A DNA stretch of 64,000 nt from the human T2T-CHM13v2.0 reference genome, Homo sapiens. The position numbers were made by a program, and so were the translations under genes. The notes beneath the pieces are model-generated. The model ran no database searches. It worked only from the letters and a program-made list of their open reading frames with translations, and was not told the DNA's origin. Where the stretch lies: the NCBI RefSeq assembly GCF_009914755.1, contig NC_060929.1; one strand, 5' to 3'. Below are positions 25,550 to 41,910 of this stretch, in pieces; position 1 is the stretch's first letter; the number at the start of each line of letters is the position of its first letter.

Positions 25550-28500
25550 TCATCTACATAGATACTGAAGCAATTCATATAAATGGTGGACTTGGGGGAA
25601 AGAGACTGGGAGCCAGAATCCACCCAGAATCTTCCATGAATGAGGGGGAGCACCTAGAAAGTTTATGGGTAACCCCTTCAAGCAGGGTAAAGGTCCATGA
25701 ACTTCATTGGAAAAAAAGCCTACATGTAAAGATCACAGGAGACGGAGGTGTTGAGGGAGGGTAGGAATGTAGGAAAGAAAGGAGTGCTAAGGATACAATT
25801 AGTTCAATATTGGGCATATTGAAAGTAAAGTGTCTGTTATTTCAAGGTTGAGGTATCTAAAAGACTTACCAGTCTAGAGTTCAGAAAAGAAGTAAACTGC
25901 ATTCTTTCTAGGACATTTTTTAGAACAGGTGGCTACTAAGAATTTCCCCAGGAAATTGGCTTAAACTGGAAATGTCCCAAGAAACTACTATCTATGGGGA
26001 TGATGAAATCATGAATCGGAGGTTGTTCTGTGAGATGCTTAAAATACAAAGAAAAGTAAATATCTGCACCTTGAGATACAACAAACATAAATCAAACCTA
26101 ATGCCAACTGTTAAGACTGTCAATTTATCCTGAACCCCTTCTAAAGATAACAGACATTTTGATATTTTACTTGACACATTTCAAGCTTTGATGGTAAAAG
26201 GAAATCACACTATTTTCAACTAATAAGAATAATAAAATTAGCAGGACAAATCCAAGACTTCCAATTCCAAATCCCTTGGATTGAATCCTCACTTAATCCA
26301 AGCTCTGATTTGCACATGACTGGTAACTGCAAAATCTGAGTGACCTTTTCATCTCCAATGAAACGCCCTGGGAAAATTGTTTTCCTTGCGCTCATTTCAA
26401 AACAGTAACTGCTCTACTTCATTTAAGATTCCTTGTCAAGGGAATTCAATTAGCATCAGCCTGAGGTTACCTCAGGACTTCTTAAAGTTTTTTATCCTGT
26501 GAAGTCCCTTGGGTTTTCCATGACTCACATCTACTGTCCACACAAAATAAGTTCACATTTCATCTTACAAATTCTAAGGTATTTCTGGTCTCCCCCTCAC
26601 TATCACATCAAATCTGAAAGGAGGAAGTGCCCAAGGGGAGGGAGTAGGTGGTGAATGCCAGGTCACCCATAGTTCACTGCCTTTTCCCCAAGCAGCTATC
26701 CAGAGCACAGGGGCTGCGTCTCTGTGGCTTCCTGAGAATAGCCCATGATCTCCCTATGGGTCAACTCCCAGTTTAGAAAACACTGGGAAAATACTGAACG
26801 TCTGCTTTGTATAAAGACAGACTCTGAGTTAAATAGAACCCAGGAATGCTGAAACAATAACATTTGACAAATTTGCTCTACTAATAGCATAAAAATCTCA
26901 GCTTATCAATGGGAAAATATTTATTGCTTGCTATTATTAAAATTAAACAGGCCATCTTCATTGAACTATCATAAGATGAAAATTCCATTTATTCAGCCTC
27001 TAGTTCAACAAGTACTTGAGTGCCTACTATGTGCAAGACACAAGGTGACTAAAACACAATTCCTACTTTTCAGTAAACAAAAAAACTAAAAAAAAAAAAC
27101 CCTTGCCAAAAACATAATATGATGCTATAATATGTCACAAAGGTGTCAGGGTGTGCCTGATTATATCTATAGGATTGCTATGATAGGCCTGCCAGAAATC
27201 CAACCACATGAGGCTCTTTCTAGGAAGGCATCACGAGGACAGCATCAGGCAGGTAAGTCTGGCACTTCTGTACCTTCCTGGTCAGAGGGTAAGTGCAATT
27301 CTGACAGCCTATGGCTGTCAATTGGATGTTTGCTCTGTTCTTTGAGTAAAAACAGAAACAGCTGTTTTTACTAACATAAGTGATATTGGGCCAGATAGGA
27401 ACACATCTTGGTACACTTTTCCCAAAAAGAAAGATTAATATCACCAAATTGTAAACAAATTTAGTCATTCAACAAATATTTATCAAGAGCCTACAATGTA
27501 GCGCAGTCACAAAGTTGAGGCCTAAGGAAAACAGGTAACACATGAATAATCTGCAGGCAACAGGAAGTAATCAATCTGATATATTTACAATTAATGAGAT
27601 CTCATTGGAACAGAGTGTCCAATTGGTGACAAATTTTTAAAAGATGTGTGGAAACTAGAGCAGATTCAAAGTAAAATAGTAAGAATGATTAACAAAGAAA
27701 ATTAGGTTACATAGGAAAAGGTTATATTAGAGTTCCTTAACTTAGAGAAGACTAAGGGCTGACTTGATTATCATCTTCATGACTGAGAGAGGCTTGATGC
27801 TGTTTTCCTTAAAGGCTCAGATGTGAGACAATGGGATAAAATTAAAGCATGTGTTTAGCCATTGATCCAATCAATAAACACACATAATAGGGGTATCTGC
27901 CTTGTTACGTAAAACAACAGAAGATTGTAGAAGCACGAAGAGAGTACAACATAGTCCCTGCTAATGAAAGGCATTTCATTTGGACATAGAACATAATTCC
28001 ATAAAAAATCAGTTGATAAAACTCAAGAATTGGCTGAAGGAGAGTATGTAATATGAATAAATGCCTAGACATTGTCAAGAAGAAAATCGATTGCTACTCC
28101 AGATCATCACAATCAGGGCATAGAGCGAGATAATAACTCAAGTTTCTTTATACATTTGTGATACTAGAATCTGCACCCTAGTTTTACAGTCAACAGTTCC
28201 CTACAAAGTGACATTAAAAGTGATATATAACTATGATGTAAATAACTGGATTTATATTTGACCACTGACTAATATTATGATTTCATGTCATATATTCTTA
28301 TGTCCATTTCTTTTTTTTATTTTATTTTTTATTTTTTTATTTTATTATTATTATACTTTAAGTTTTAGGGTACATGTGCACAATGTGCAGGTTAGTTACA
28401 TATGTATACATGTGCCATGCTGGTGTGCTGCACCCATTAACTCGTCATTTAGCATTAAGTATATCTCCTAAAGCTATCCCTCCCCACTCCCCCCACCCCA

Positions 28501-28554
28501 CAACAGTCCCCAGAGTGTCATGTTTCCCTTCCTGTGTCCATGTGTTCTCATTGT

Positions 28555-32353
<3,799 letters not shown>

Positions 32354-32401
32354 TTATTTTGCTCATTAGTTGATGCAGTTTCTTCCTAGCCTCGATGGTC
32401 T

Positions 32402-33417
32402 TTACCATTTGGCGTGATTTTGCAGTGGCTGGTACCGGTTGTTCCTTTCCATGTTTAGTGCTTCCTTCAGGAGCTCTTTTAGGGCAGGCCTGGTGGTGAC
32501 AAAATCTCTCAGCATTTGCTTGTCTGTAAAGTATTTTATTTCTCCTTCACTTATGAAGCTTAGTTTGGCTGGATATGAAATTCTGGGTTGAAAATTCTTT
32601 TCTTTAAGAATGTTGAATATTGGCCCCACTCTCTTCTGGCTTGTAAAGTTTCTGCCGAGAGATCCGCTGTTAGTCTGATGGGCTTCCCTTTGTGGGTAAC
32701 CCGACCTTTCTCTCTGACTGCCCTTAACATTTTTTCCTTCCTTTCAACTTTGGTGAATCTGACAATTATGTGTCTTGTAGTTGCTCTTCTCAAGAAGTAT
32801 CTTTGTGGTGTTCTCTGTATTTCCTGCATCCAAATGGTCGCCTGCCTTGCTAGATTGGGGAAGTTCTCCTGGATAATATCCTGCAGAGTGTTTTCCAACT
32901 TGGTTCCATTCTCCCCGTCACTTTCAGGTACACCAATCAGATGTAGATGTGGTCTTTTCACATAGTCCCATATTTCTTGGAGGCTTTGTTCGTTTCTTTT
33001 TATTCTTTTTTCTCTAAACTTCCCTTCTTGCTTCATTTCAGTCATTTCATCTTCCATCACTGATACCCTTTCTTCCAGTTGATCGCATTGGCTCCTGAGG
33101 CTTCTGCCTTCTTCATGTAGTTCTCGAGCCTTGGCTTTCAGCTCCATCAGCTCCTTTAAGCACTTCTCTGTATTGGTTATTCTAATTATACATTCGTCTA
33201 AATTTTTTTCAAAGTTTTCAACTTCTTTGCCTTTGGTTTGAATTTCCTCCTGTAGCTCGTAGTAGTTTGATCATCTGAAGCCTTCTTCTCTCAACTCGTC
33301 AAAATCATTCTCCGTCCAGCTTTGTTCCGTTGCTGGTGAGGAGCTGCGTTCCTTTGGAGGAGGAGAGGCGCTCTGCTTTTTAGAGTTTCCAGTTTTTCTG
33401 CTCTGTTTTTTTCCCAT
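32402..33417 (-). pseudogene. L1 ORF1 (RNA-binding chaperone), frameshifted
   Basis: ATG at 33417. ORF1 peptides (EQSLQEIWDYVKRP, FQPRISYPAKLSF) are split over two frames. Confidence 0.93.
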
Positions 33418-34451
33418 CTTTGTGGTTTTATCTATTTTTGGTCTTTGATGATGGTGATGTACAGATGGGTTTTTGGTGTGGATGTCCTTTCTGTTTGTTA
33501 GTTTTCCTTCTAACAGACAGGACCCTCAGCTGCAGGTCTGTTGGAGTTTGCTAGAGGTCCACTCCAGACCCTGTTTGCCTGGGTATCAGCAGCAGAGATT
33601 GCAGAACAGTGGATTTTCGTGAACTGTAAATGCTGCTGTGTGATCGTTCCTCTGGAAGTTTTGTCTCAGAGGAGTACCCGGCCGTGTGAGGTGTCAGTCT
33701 GCCCCTACTGGGGGGTGCCTTCCAGTTAGGCTGCTCAGGGGTCAGGGGTCAGGGACCCACTTGAGGAGGCAGTCTGCCCGTTCTCAGATCTCCAGCTGCG
33801 TGCTGGGAGAACCACTGCTCTCTTCAAAGCTGTCAGACAGGGACATTTAAGTCTGCAGCGGTTACTGCTGTCTTTTTGTTTGTCTGTGCCCTGCCCCCAG
33901 AGGTGGAGCCTACGGAGGCAGGCAGGCCTCCTTGAGCTGTGGTGGACTCCACCCAGTTGGAGCTTCCCAGGCTGCTTTGTTTACCTAAGCAAGCCTGGGC
34001 AATGGCGGGCGCCCCTCCCTCAGCCTCACTGCCGCCTTGCAGTTTGATCTCAGACTGCTGTGCCAGCAATCAAGGAGACTCCATGGGCATAGGACCCTCC
34101 AAGCCAGGTGTGGGATATAATCTCCTGGTGCGCCGTTTTTTAAGCCCATCGGAAAAGCGCAGTATTAGGATGGGAGTGACCTGATTTTCCAGGTGCCGTC
34201 TCTCACCCCCTTCTTTGACTAGGAAAGGGAACTCCCTGACCCCTTGCGCTTCTTGAGTGAGGCAATGCCTCACCCTGCTTTGGCTCACGCACGGTGCGCT
34301 GCACCCACTGTCCTGTGCCCACTGTCTGGCACTCCCTAGTGAGATGAACCCAGTACCTCAGATGGAAATGCAGAAATCACCCGTCTTCTGTGTCGCTCAT
34401 GCTGGGAGCTGTAGACCGGAGCTCTTCCTATTCGGCCATCTTGGCTCCACC
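33418..34451 (-). promoter_or_regulatory. L1 5'UTR bidirectional promoter (sense and antisense), YY1 site intact
   Basis: CAAGATGGCCG on the minus strand at 34433-34443. GC-rich with partial CpG decay. Function is inferred from known L1 biology. Confidence 0.75.
34002..34184 (+). pseudogene. L1 ORF0, prematurely stopped at 60 aa
   Basis: MAGAPPSASLPPCSLISDCCASNQ... matches primate L1 ORF0. TGA replaces the CGA after GVT. Confidence 0.8.
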
Positions 34452-34639
34452 TCTTACGTCCATTTCTAATTGCTAATTAAAAGTGACACGTAACTACTTA
34501 GATTTGAGAAAAGTCAGGTGATAGTCTCCCTGGCAAAGAGATGAAAATGTAAACTCTGCATCAAGATTATTGCTACTAAACAGACTGCAGTTATAAAATG
34601 AGAAAGCTATTCAGAACATACAGTTTGTAACCTTTGGGA

Positions 34640-35100
34640 AATGGCTTCTTGTTGCCAGCATAATAGTCTGGAAGTTCATCCAAGATAAATGCAAATGCAT
34701 TTATCAATAGTTTATTCCTTTTTATTGCTAAGTAGTATTCCATGGTATGTATTTACCACAGTTTATTCACTTGTTGAAGGACATCTGGGGTAATTCCAGT
34801 TTTTTATTATCACAATAAAGCTGCTATGAATGTCTGTGTGCAGATTTTTGTGTGAGCATACATTTTCATTTCTCTGGGATTGACACCCAGGAGTACAATT
34901 TTGGGTCATATGATAGTTGAATGTTTACATTTAAAAAAAAAAAAAAAAAAAAAAAGAAACTTTCAAACTATTTCCAGGATGCCTGTACCATTTTTCATTC
35001 CTACCAGCAATGTGTGGGTGATCAAATTTTGCAGCATTCTCACCAGCATTTGGTGTTGTCACAATTTTTAATTTTAGCCTAATGGGTGTATAGTGTTGTG
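34640..35100 (-). mobile_element. L1MB/ME-type fragment containing an A23 tract
   Basis: TTTTTATTGCTAAGTAGTATTCCATGGTATG, AATAAAGCTGCTATGAA, CATTCCTACCAGCAATGT antisense L1 motifs. Confidence 0.8.
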
Positions 35101-35259
35101 TGTTTAGTTTTATTTTAAAAGGATAAATACACTGCTCTGGGAGGCAAGGGAGAGAGTGACTAAGTCCAGGGAGCAATGGATGTGGGAGTGTTGGGGGCAG
35201 TAGAGATCTGGTTAGGAAAGCTTCCAAAAAAAGGTAACATTTGGGTTGGGTGTTTTTGG

Positions 35260-35417
35260 TTTTTTAGACAGGGTCCCACTCTGTCACCCAGGCTGGAGTG
35301 CAGTGGCACAATCATGGCTCACTGTAGCCTTGATCTTTTGGGTGCAAGCAATCCTCCCAACGCAACCCTCCCCAACCCCGTAGCTGGGACTATAGGTGTA
35401 AGCCACCATGCTCAGCT
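35260..35417 (-). mobile_element. Alu monomer (FRAM or AluJ right arm)
   Basis: AGACAGGGTCCCACTCTGTCACCCAGGCTGGAGTGCAGTGGCACAATCATGGCTCACTG; single arm only. Confidence 0.85.
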
Positions 35418-36529
35418 GAGCTGGGCTTTTAAAAACTAAGTAGATGTTCAGAAACTGGAGAGAAAGGAAGAATACATCCAGCATAACGAATAAAATATTC
35501 AAAACCAAGGAGACATGTGAGAGCATAAAGCACGGAGAGAAGGTTTACATAGGTGGAGCCCAGCATGCCATGCTTGCACGAGGAGAGTGGGAAGAAAAAG
35601 GGAAAAGAGAAAGGAATCAATGCAGGTGGAAAATGACTTGTGTGTCATACCAGGGATTCCAGCTGTGTGCTGCAAGTACAAGGAAACCCTCTGGTATGAT
35701 AAGGACAATGACAGGGCTGTTTCCATGCACTATTAACTATACCTCACAATGTCACCCGTATCTGTCCCCTCCCTTTCTTTTCTCACTATCATTCTAACTC
35801 AGAGGCTCACCATACCTTGCCTGGAGAACCCTGCTTCAATTAACCCCACCTACTGATACCAAAGTCATTCTCCTTAGTCTCAGAGCCCATAGTATGTTAT
35901 TTCTCCTTCAGAAATCTTTGTTGGCTCTTTTCTCTGAGCAGAACAAAGTCTGAACTCCTGAGAGTGCATTTAACAGAGGTGATGTGGTGCTACTGTTTCC
36001 CTCTGAGAAGATAAGCTCCAGGTTTATGGGGCCGATTTCTATTCTCCATATGGGTAGTGCTTTTTACAGCTCCTAAGCTAGAAACCCATGTTTCCTCTAC
36101 CTCCTTAGCCTACAGAAGTGCTCCTGATTCTGAAAGACTCAGGCTCAATGTCACTTGTTCTGTGAGGGTTATACTAATCCCCTTCCTTCCTCCACTCCCA
36201 AATTTATGCTAATCACTCTTACTTTGGGTTTCACCACTATTTTACTCATATCACCATTAAAGTGTTTATTTCATCCTACTTTGCATTACGGTTAGCCTAC
36301 AAATTTTCTCCTCAAATAGACTGTAAACTATTTGATGCCAAGCTTTGTGATATGGATGTAAAGTAGAAACTTGAGTTGTGCATTTATTTAATATCAATGC
36401 ACCTATGTGCCCAGGATTTGGTTATATCTTAGGGAAGGTATATAAACTCCAAAAGAGTGTAGAAACTAGGAAGGGGATACAATATGTTTAAAAAATAGTA
36501 ACGTAAAGCAGAATATAATTTGTTTCTTA

Positions 36530-37560
36530 AAAAGCCAAAATTGACAAATGGGATCTAATTAAACTAAAGAGCTTCTGCACAGCAAAAGAAACTATCATCA
36601 GAGTGAACAGCCAAACTACAGAATGGGAGAAAAGTTTTGCAATCTATCCATCTGACAAAGGGATAATCTCCGGAATCTACAAAGAACTTAAAAAAATTTA
36701 CAAGAAAAAAACAACATCATCAGAAAGTGGGTGAAGGATATGAACAGACACTTCTCAAAAGAAGACATTTATGTGGCCAAAAAACATATGAATAAAAGCT
36801 CATCATCACTCATCATTAGAGAAATGGAAATCAAAACCACAATGAGATACCATCTCACACCAGTTAGAAAGGCGATCATTAAAAAGTCAGGAAACAACAG
36901 ATGCTGGAGAGGATATGGAGAAACAGGAATGCTTTTACACTGTTGGTGGGAGTGTAAATTAGTTCAACCATTGTGGAAGAGACAGTATGGTGATCTAGAT
37001 CAAGGATCTAGAACCAGAAATACCATTTGACCCAGCAATCCCATTACTGGCTATATACCCAAAGGATTATAAATCCATCTACTATAAGACACATGCACAC
37101 ATATGTTTATTGCGGCACTGTTCACAATAGCAAAGACTTGGAACAAACCCAAATGCCCATCAATGATAGACTGGATAAAGAAAATGTGGCTCATATACAC
37201 TGTGAAATACTATGCAGCCATAGAAAAGGATGAGTTCATGTCCTTTGCAGGGACATGGATGAAGCTGGAAACCATCATTTTCACCAAACTAACACAAGAA
37301 CAGAAAACCAAACAACATATGTTCTCACTCATAAGTGGGAGCTGAACAATGAGAACACATGGACACAGGGAGGGGAACATCACACACCACGGCCTCTCGG
37401 GGTGTGGGGGGCTAGGGGAGGGATAGCATTAGGAGAACTACCTAATGTAGATGACGGGTTAATGACTGAAGCAAACCACCATGGCACATGTATACCTATG
37501 TAACAAACCTGCACCTTCTGCACATGTAGCTCAGAACTTAGAGTATAATAATAATTTTTA
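36530..37560 (+). mobile_element. 5'-truncated L1PA7/8-like 3' end
   Basis: ORF2 3' kilobase and 3'UTR ending GCAAACCACCATGGCACATGTATACCTATGTAACAAACCTGCAC. Confidence 0.93.
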
Positions 37561-37733
<173 letters not shown>

Positions 37734-40384
37734 TATTGATATATGATAAGAAATAAAACCAATTTTTCACCGTACAGAGTAAAAAAGAATAATGCAAACA
37801 AAAAGCCACATTTTCTCTATATGCCTCTAAAATGTGACTCTGTGTCTAACTTTATTTCATTTGAGGTTCTCCAGAAACATTTTCCCACAATTAAAAAAAA
37901 ATGAAAACAAAAAGCAAAAAGCCAGGTTTGCAAAAACTGTGGCAAAGTCTACTTTAAACTTTTATTTTGCACTTATTTTTATTTAAAATAAACTGTAGTG
38001 TAAACTTGCTATTTTATCAAAATAATTAAACATAATGGAATATTAAAAACTATTTCTACACAGTAAGGACTCTAACAATAAAAGAAACCAAAAAGAACGT
38101 GGTAGTATAGTTTTTAAAATGCATAATATTTATGCAAACCTCAAATCCACTTCTGATAAATGTATGCAGATGTAAAAGGTGAGTAGCACATCAACAGTAC
38201 TGCCAGTTCCGGACACTTTTCAAACACAAGGTCTCAAATGACAACACTCCCAAGAATGAGGTCATGGTGACCGTTCGTTACTTCTAAGATGTGACCAAAC
38301 TATCTGTAGTAGCTTTTAACAATAAAAATATAATCAGAATTCTTAGAACAAATATATAGGATGCAATAAAAAATTTATCCCTCAGTGATGTGTCAATGAA
38401 TGTGTTGATCTCACTTGAATTTTATGCGAAAGACTTGACATCTCCTGCCTTTTTTTGGTAATTTACATAAGTTATCCTCTAAATCAAGATAAAGTAAATG
38501 TCACCTTTCTCTAATAGAATCAGTATTCTATTTCTACAGTGTAGTTATGGTACTCAATGTGTCTTCAATTTAACGAAAAGGAAAGAGGAATATATGTCAT
38601 ACTGACTTCCTAAAGTGTTTAAAATAAATATCACAAACATGTAAAGGCTAAAGTAGGATTACTGGGACCTCTTCTCCCCTGGACACACAATTATTAGGAT
38701 TTGATGACTAGGACTGTATTTGGGGTTCTTATATAAACTAGGTTTTTATTGTTTCATTTTATTTCATCGGGTCAAGCAAATATTCTTTAACTGTAAAAGA
38801 AATTTAGAAATATACAGGTCATGACTTTTATTATCTTCTAAAATTATAGCTAGTATCTCAACTATATCTTTGGATAGGCCTTTAATCAATTTTTAATCAC
38901 ATTCTCTACAAGTACCAGGCACCGCAATCAAAATTTCCTTCTAACTTATTGGACCTGAAAGGAGCATAATCTTTTGGAAATTCCAACACACTCAGTTGAA
39001 CACACAGATTTCCTCGAAGCCAAATTTTATTTTAGCACTCTTCTTTTCTGATTAGAAAATGAAAATGAAACATATTTAACCATTGTGTGTATCAAAGAAA
39101 TTGAATGACTGTACCTCCAAAGGGAAGCTCTGCTGGCTGGACAATACCCACATAAACTAATGCTAGTGAGGTTCAGTGTAGCCAAAAGGGGAATTGCTTC
39201 TTATAAAAGTGATTTTTTTAATGTTTAATTTTTTTTTCAGTTTTTCCTTTTCCTTTAAGATTGAAGACAGTCTGAAAGAGTGTTATGAGGCTGAAAGAGT
39301 GTTATGAGGCTAAACAAAGGAACAAAGGAACACACTGGAGAGAAGAATCAGGGTGAAAAAAGAGCCATGGCAGGGAAATGCCATGAAAGTTTCTGATGAA
39401 TCTATTTTATTGTATTAAAGTGTAATCAGAAAATAAATTCAAACAGGAAAGAAAGGAGAGAGCCTTCAAAAGTCTGCCATTGTTTCAAAAGCAGACCAAA
39501 AGAAAAGTAACACTAAATTAATGCTTCTCATCTGATTAGTGTTTGGAAATTACATTCCACTTTCACCTACATACTTTTTCTTTCCTAATATTTCAAAAAG
39601 GTAAAAAAGTTAGTTTCACACCACCTACCACTGCAGCGTTCAACTATAGGCATGGCATACCTTCTCTTCACGTCTCTCTGCAGAGAATCTGCCTTCTCTG
39701 TCTTTAAACATGCAAAGAGTAGTGGATTCAATCATCCATGGTGTGAAGAAAGTCTGCTAAGACTGCATGGATCCGACAAGATGGTGGATAGTTGACTTCC
39801 TGAGCATAACTAACCCTGCTGGTCAGAGCTTACGTCATGTACTGTATTGTAGACGCTGCACCTTTACTTCATATAACTTCTGATTATGCAATCGGTGTAA
39901 GATATTCCCTTAATGACACATTTGACAGGATTAAAGGGCACTCTGGGGGTTTCTCTACAAATAAGATAAATCTGTAAAATGTTATTGGCAAAATCTTTCT
40001 AATTAAATCCACATGAATGGGACAGCTGCAACTTTACTGCAAAACTCTTAGTGAACCCTTAGTTCTATTTGTGAAATTTAAGCCTTCAAACAATGATTGG
40101 GGAGTCAGAAATGAAAGATAACGGCTACCAATAGAGTTGGATTTGCAAAAATATTTTACATCTTTTTATAGTTTGTCATCTAAGACATGTTTAGTCTAAA
40201 AGCAGAAGCCATGAATATAATTTCTGTGGCCTGGGTGCTGGCCATATGAGACTCATATGGCCTCAGACAGAACACACTGAGTCAGCCTTGTGGTCTAGCG
40301 TGAGGAGCTCATATCCATGGAATGGAGCCCCACGTGCACCAAACAGCTAATGGAATTGAGTCATCAGTGTCTGTGGGCTAAGTC

Positions 40385-40540
40385 ACTTGTTTCCAAACCA
40401 AGGAGCTCTTTAGAATACAGATTCCCAGACCACACCCTGGATCTAATACACCTACATCTCTGAGAGTAGGGCCCATGGATGTGTACTTTTCAAAGGCTTC
40501 ACAGGTGATTAAGATAATCAGTCAAGTTTGAACCAGAGGA
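40385..40540. mobile_element. MER5A-type DNA transposon
   Basis: AATACAGATTCCCAGACCACACCC...GGGCCC...CAGGTGATT...CAAGTTTG. Confidence 0.65.
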
Positions 40541-40609
40541 CCAAATTAAAATTAATCTACGTGGGCATGAAGAGTGGGAGTAAGGTCTTCCATCTGCTCA
40601 CAGACAAAA

Positions 40610-41802
40610 AAAAAAAGCCTCTAGAAGTCTGATTATTCATTTATTTCTCACCTACATGTTAGTGAGTTTGACTGATTAAATGATTTATTTTCTCTCTAAA
40701 AGCTCTAAAAATTTTCTTTTAATCTTGAGGTTGGAAATTTCAGTAGGATGTAGACACATAAGTGCACCCTTTTAATCTGAAGACTCAAATCTTCAGCTCA
40801 AGGGAAATTCCTCTGTTACCTCCTTTTCATCTTTTCCATTTACTATGTTCATGTTCTCTTTTCTGGAACTCCTGTTAAGTGTTTTTTAATTAATTATTTT
40901 CCTTGCATTAGATTTTTTTCTACTTTGCCAATCTATAACCACTGTTGTCTTCTCTAATTACTCATCTTCCTAAGAGCCTTATCTTTCTCCTCCTTCTCCT
41001 CTCCCTCCTTTTTCTTCTTTCCTTTTAATAGATAATCACCACTTGATTCTCTCTAAAGATCTGTAAAAAGTGTCTTTGGTTAAGTTTTCATCTGTTCCTT
41101 GAATTATTTATTTTATAACCTTGGATCAGTGGCTCTGTTAGTTCATCCTTGTCCTCCTATTGGTTTTCATCAATCCTCTGTGGTGATATAGGTCTGATGT
41201 TCCACCAGGTCTCAACTGTGAGTGAAAAGGCTACTTTTAGGTTCTATGTAAATATTTAAGGTGGGTCTACTGGACAGTGTCTGTTAAGTTTCCTGAGGCA
41301 TGGACTGGCAGGTAGTCAAGGAGCTCATGCCCTCTCCTGACTGCCAGCCTAGGAAGGTGATGAGTTCAGCAGAGAAGCACTTCAAGGTTTAACCTCCTGA
41401 CAGCAGAGTGCTCCTTTTTTTTTCCTGGCTTCATGCCTGTGGGCATCTCAAGTCAGTCCACAATCTGATCTTCTTCTTGCTCAGACCCGAAAGAGATTAA
41501 TTTTGATAATACTTTTCAGACTTAGCCTGACATTGAGTTCTATTTGTGCTTGCCATTTAGTATAGTGGCGTAAATGATAGGACAGAACAGTTGTACTGTT
41601 CAGATTTTAGCTCCTGTTTAATTACTGTGATGGCTGTCACTTGATCTCCTTCTCTACATTAGGTCACTCTCAGCTTGGGGATTCTCAGGATTGTGTCCTT
41701 TCTAACTTGCAAAAATTCTCACAATTTTCTACCGGCTGATGACATTCTTTCTCTCTTGCCAACACTATTCTGAATTTCTCTCTCTTTCTCTCTCTCTCTC
41801 TC

Positions 41803-41846
<44 letters not shown>

Positions 41847-41910
41847 CTTTTTTAGGTCACATAAGGAATTTAGGGCAGGAGGAGAGCTAGATGTGTGTTC
41901 AGTTCAATCT
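40610..41910 (-). mobile_element. Ancient L1 5'/ORF1 or HAL1-type relic
   Basis: T-rich, with GAAGTCTGAT, AATCTGAAGACTC...TCTTCAGCTCAAGGGAAATT, TTCTGGAACTCCTGTTA motifs. Confidence 0.5.
41777..41843. repeat. (TC)n-(TG)n compound microsatellite
   Basis: TC run followed by about 18 TG units. Confidence 0.95.
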
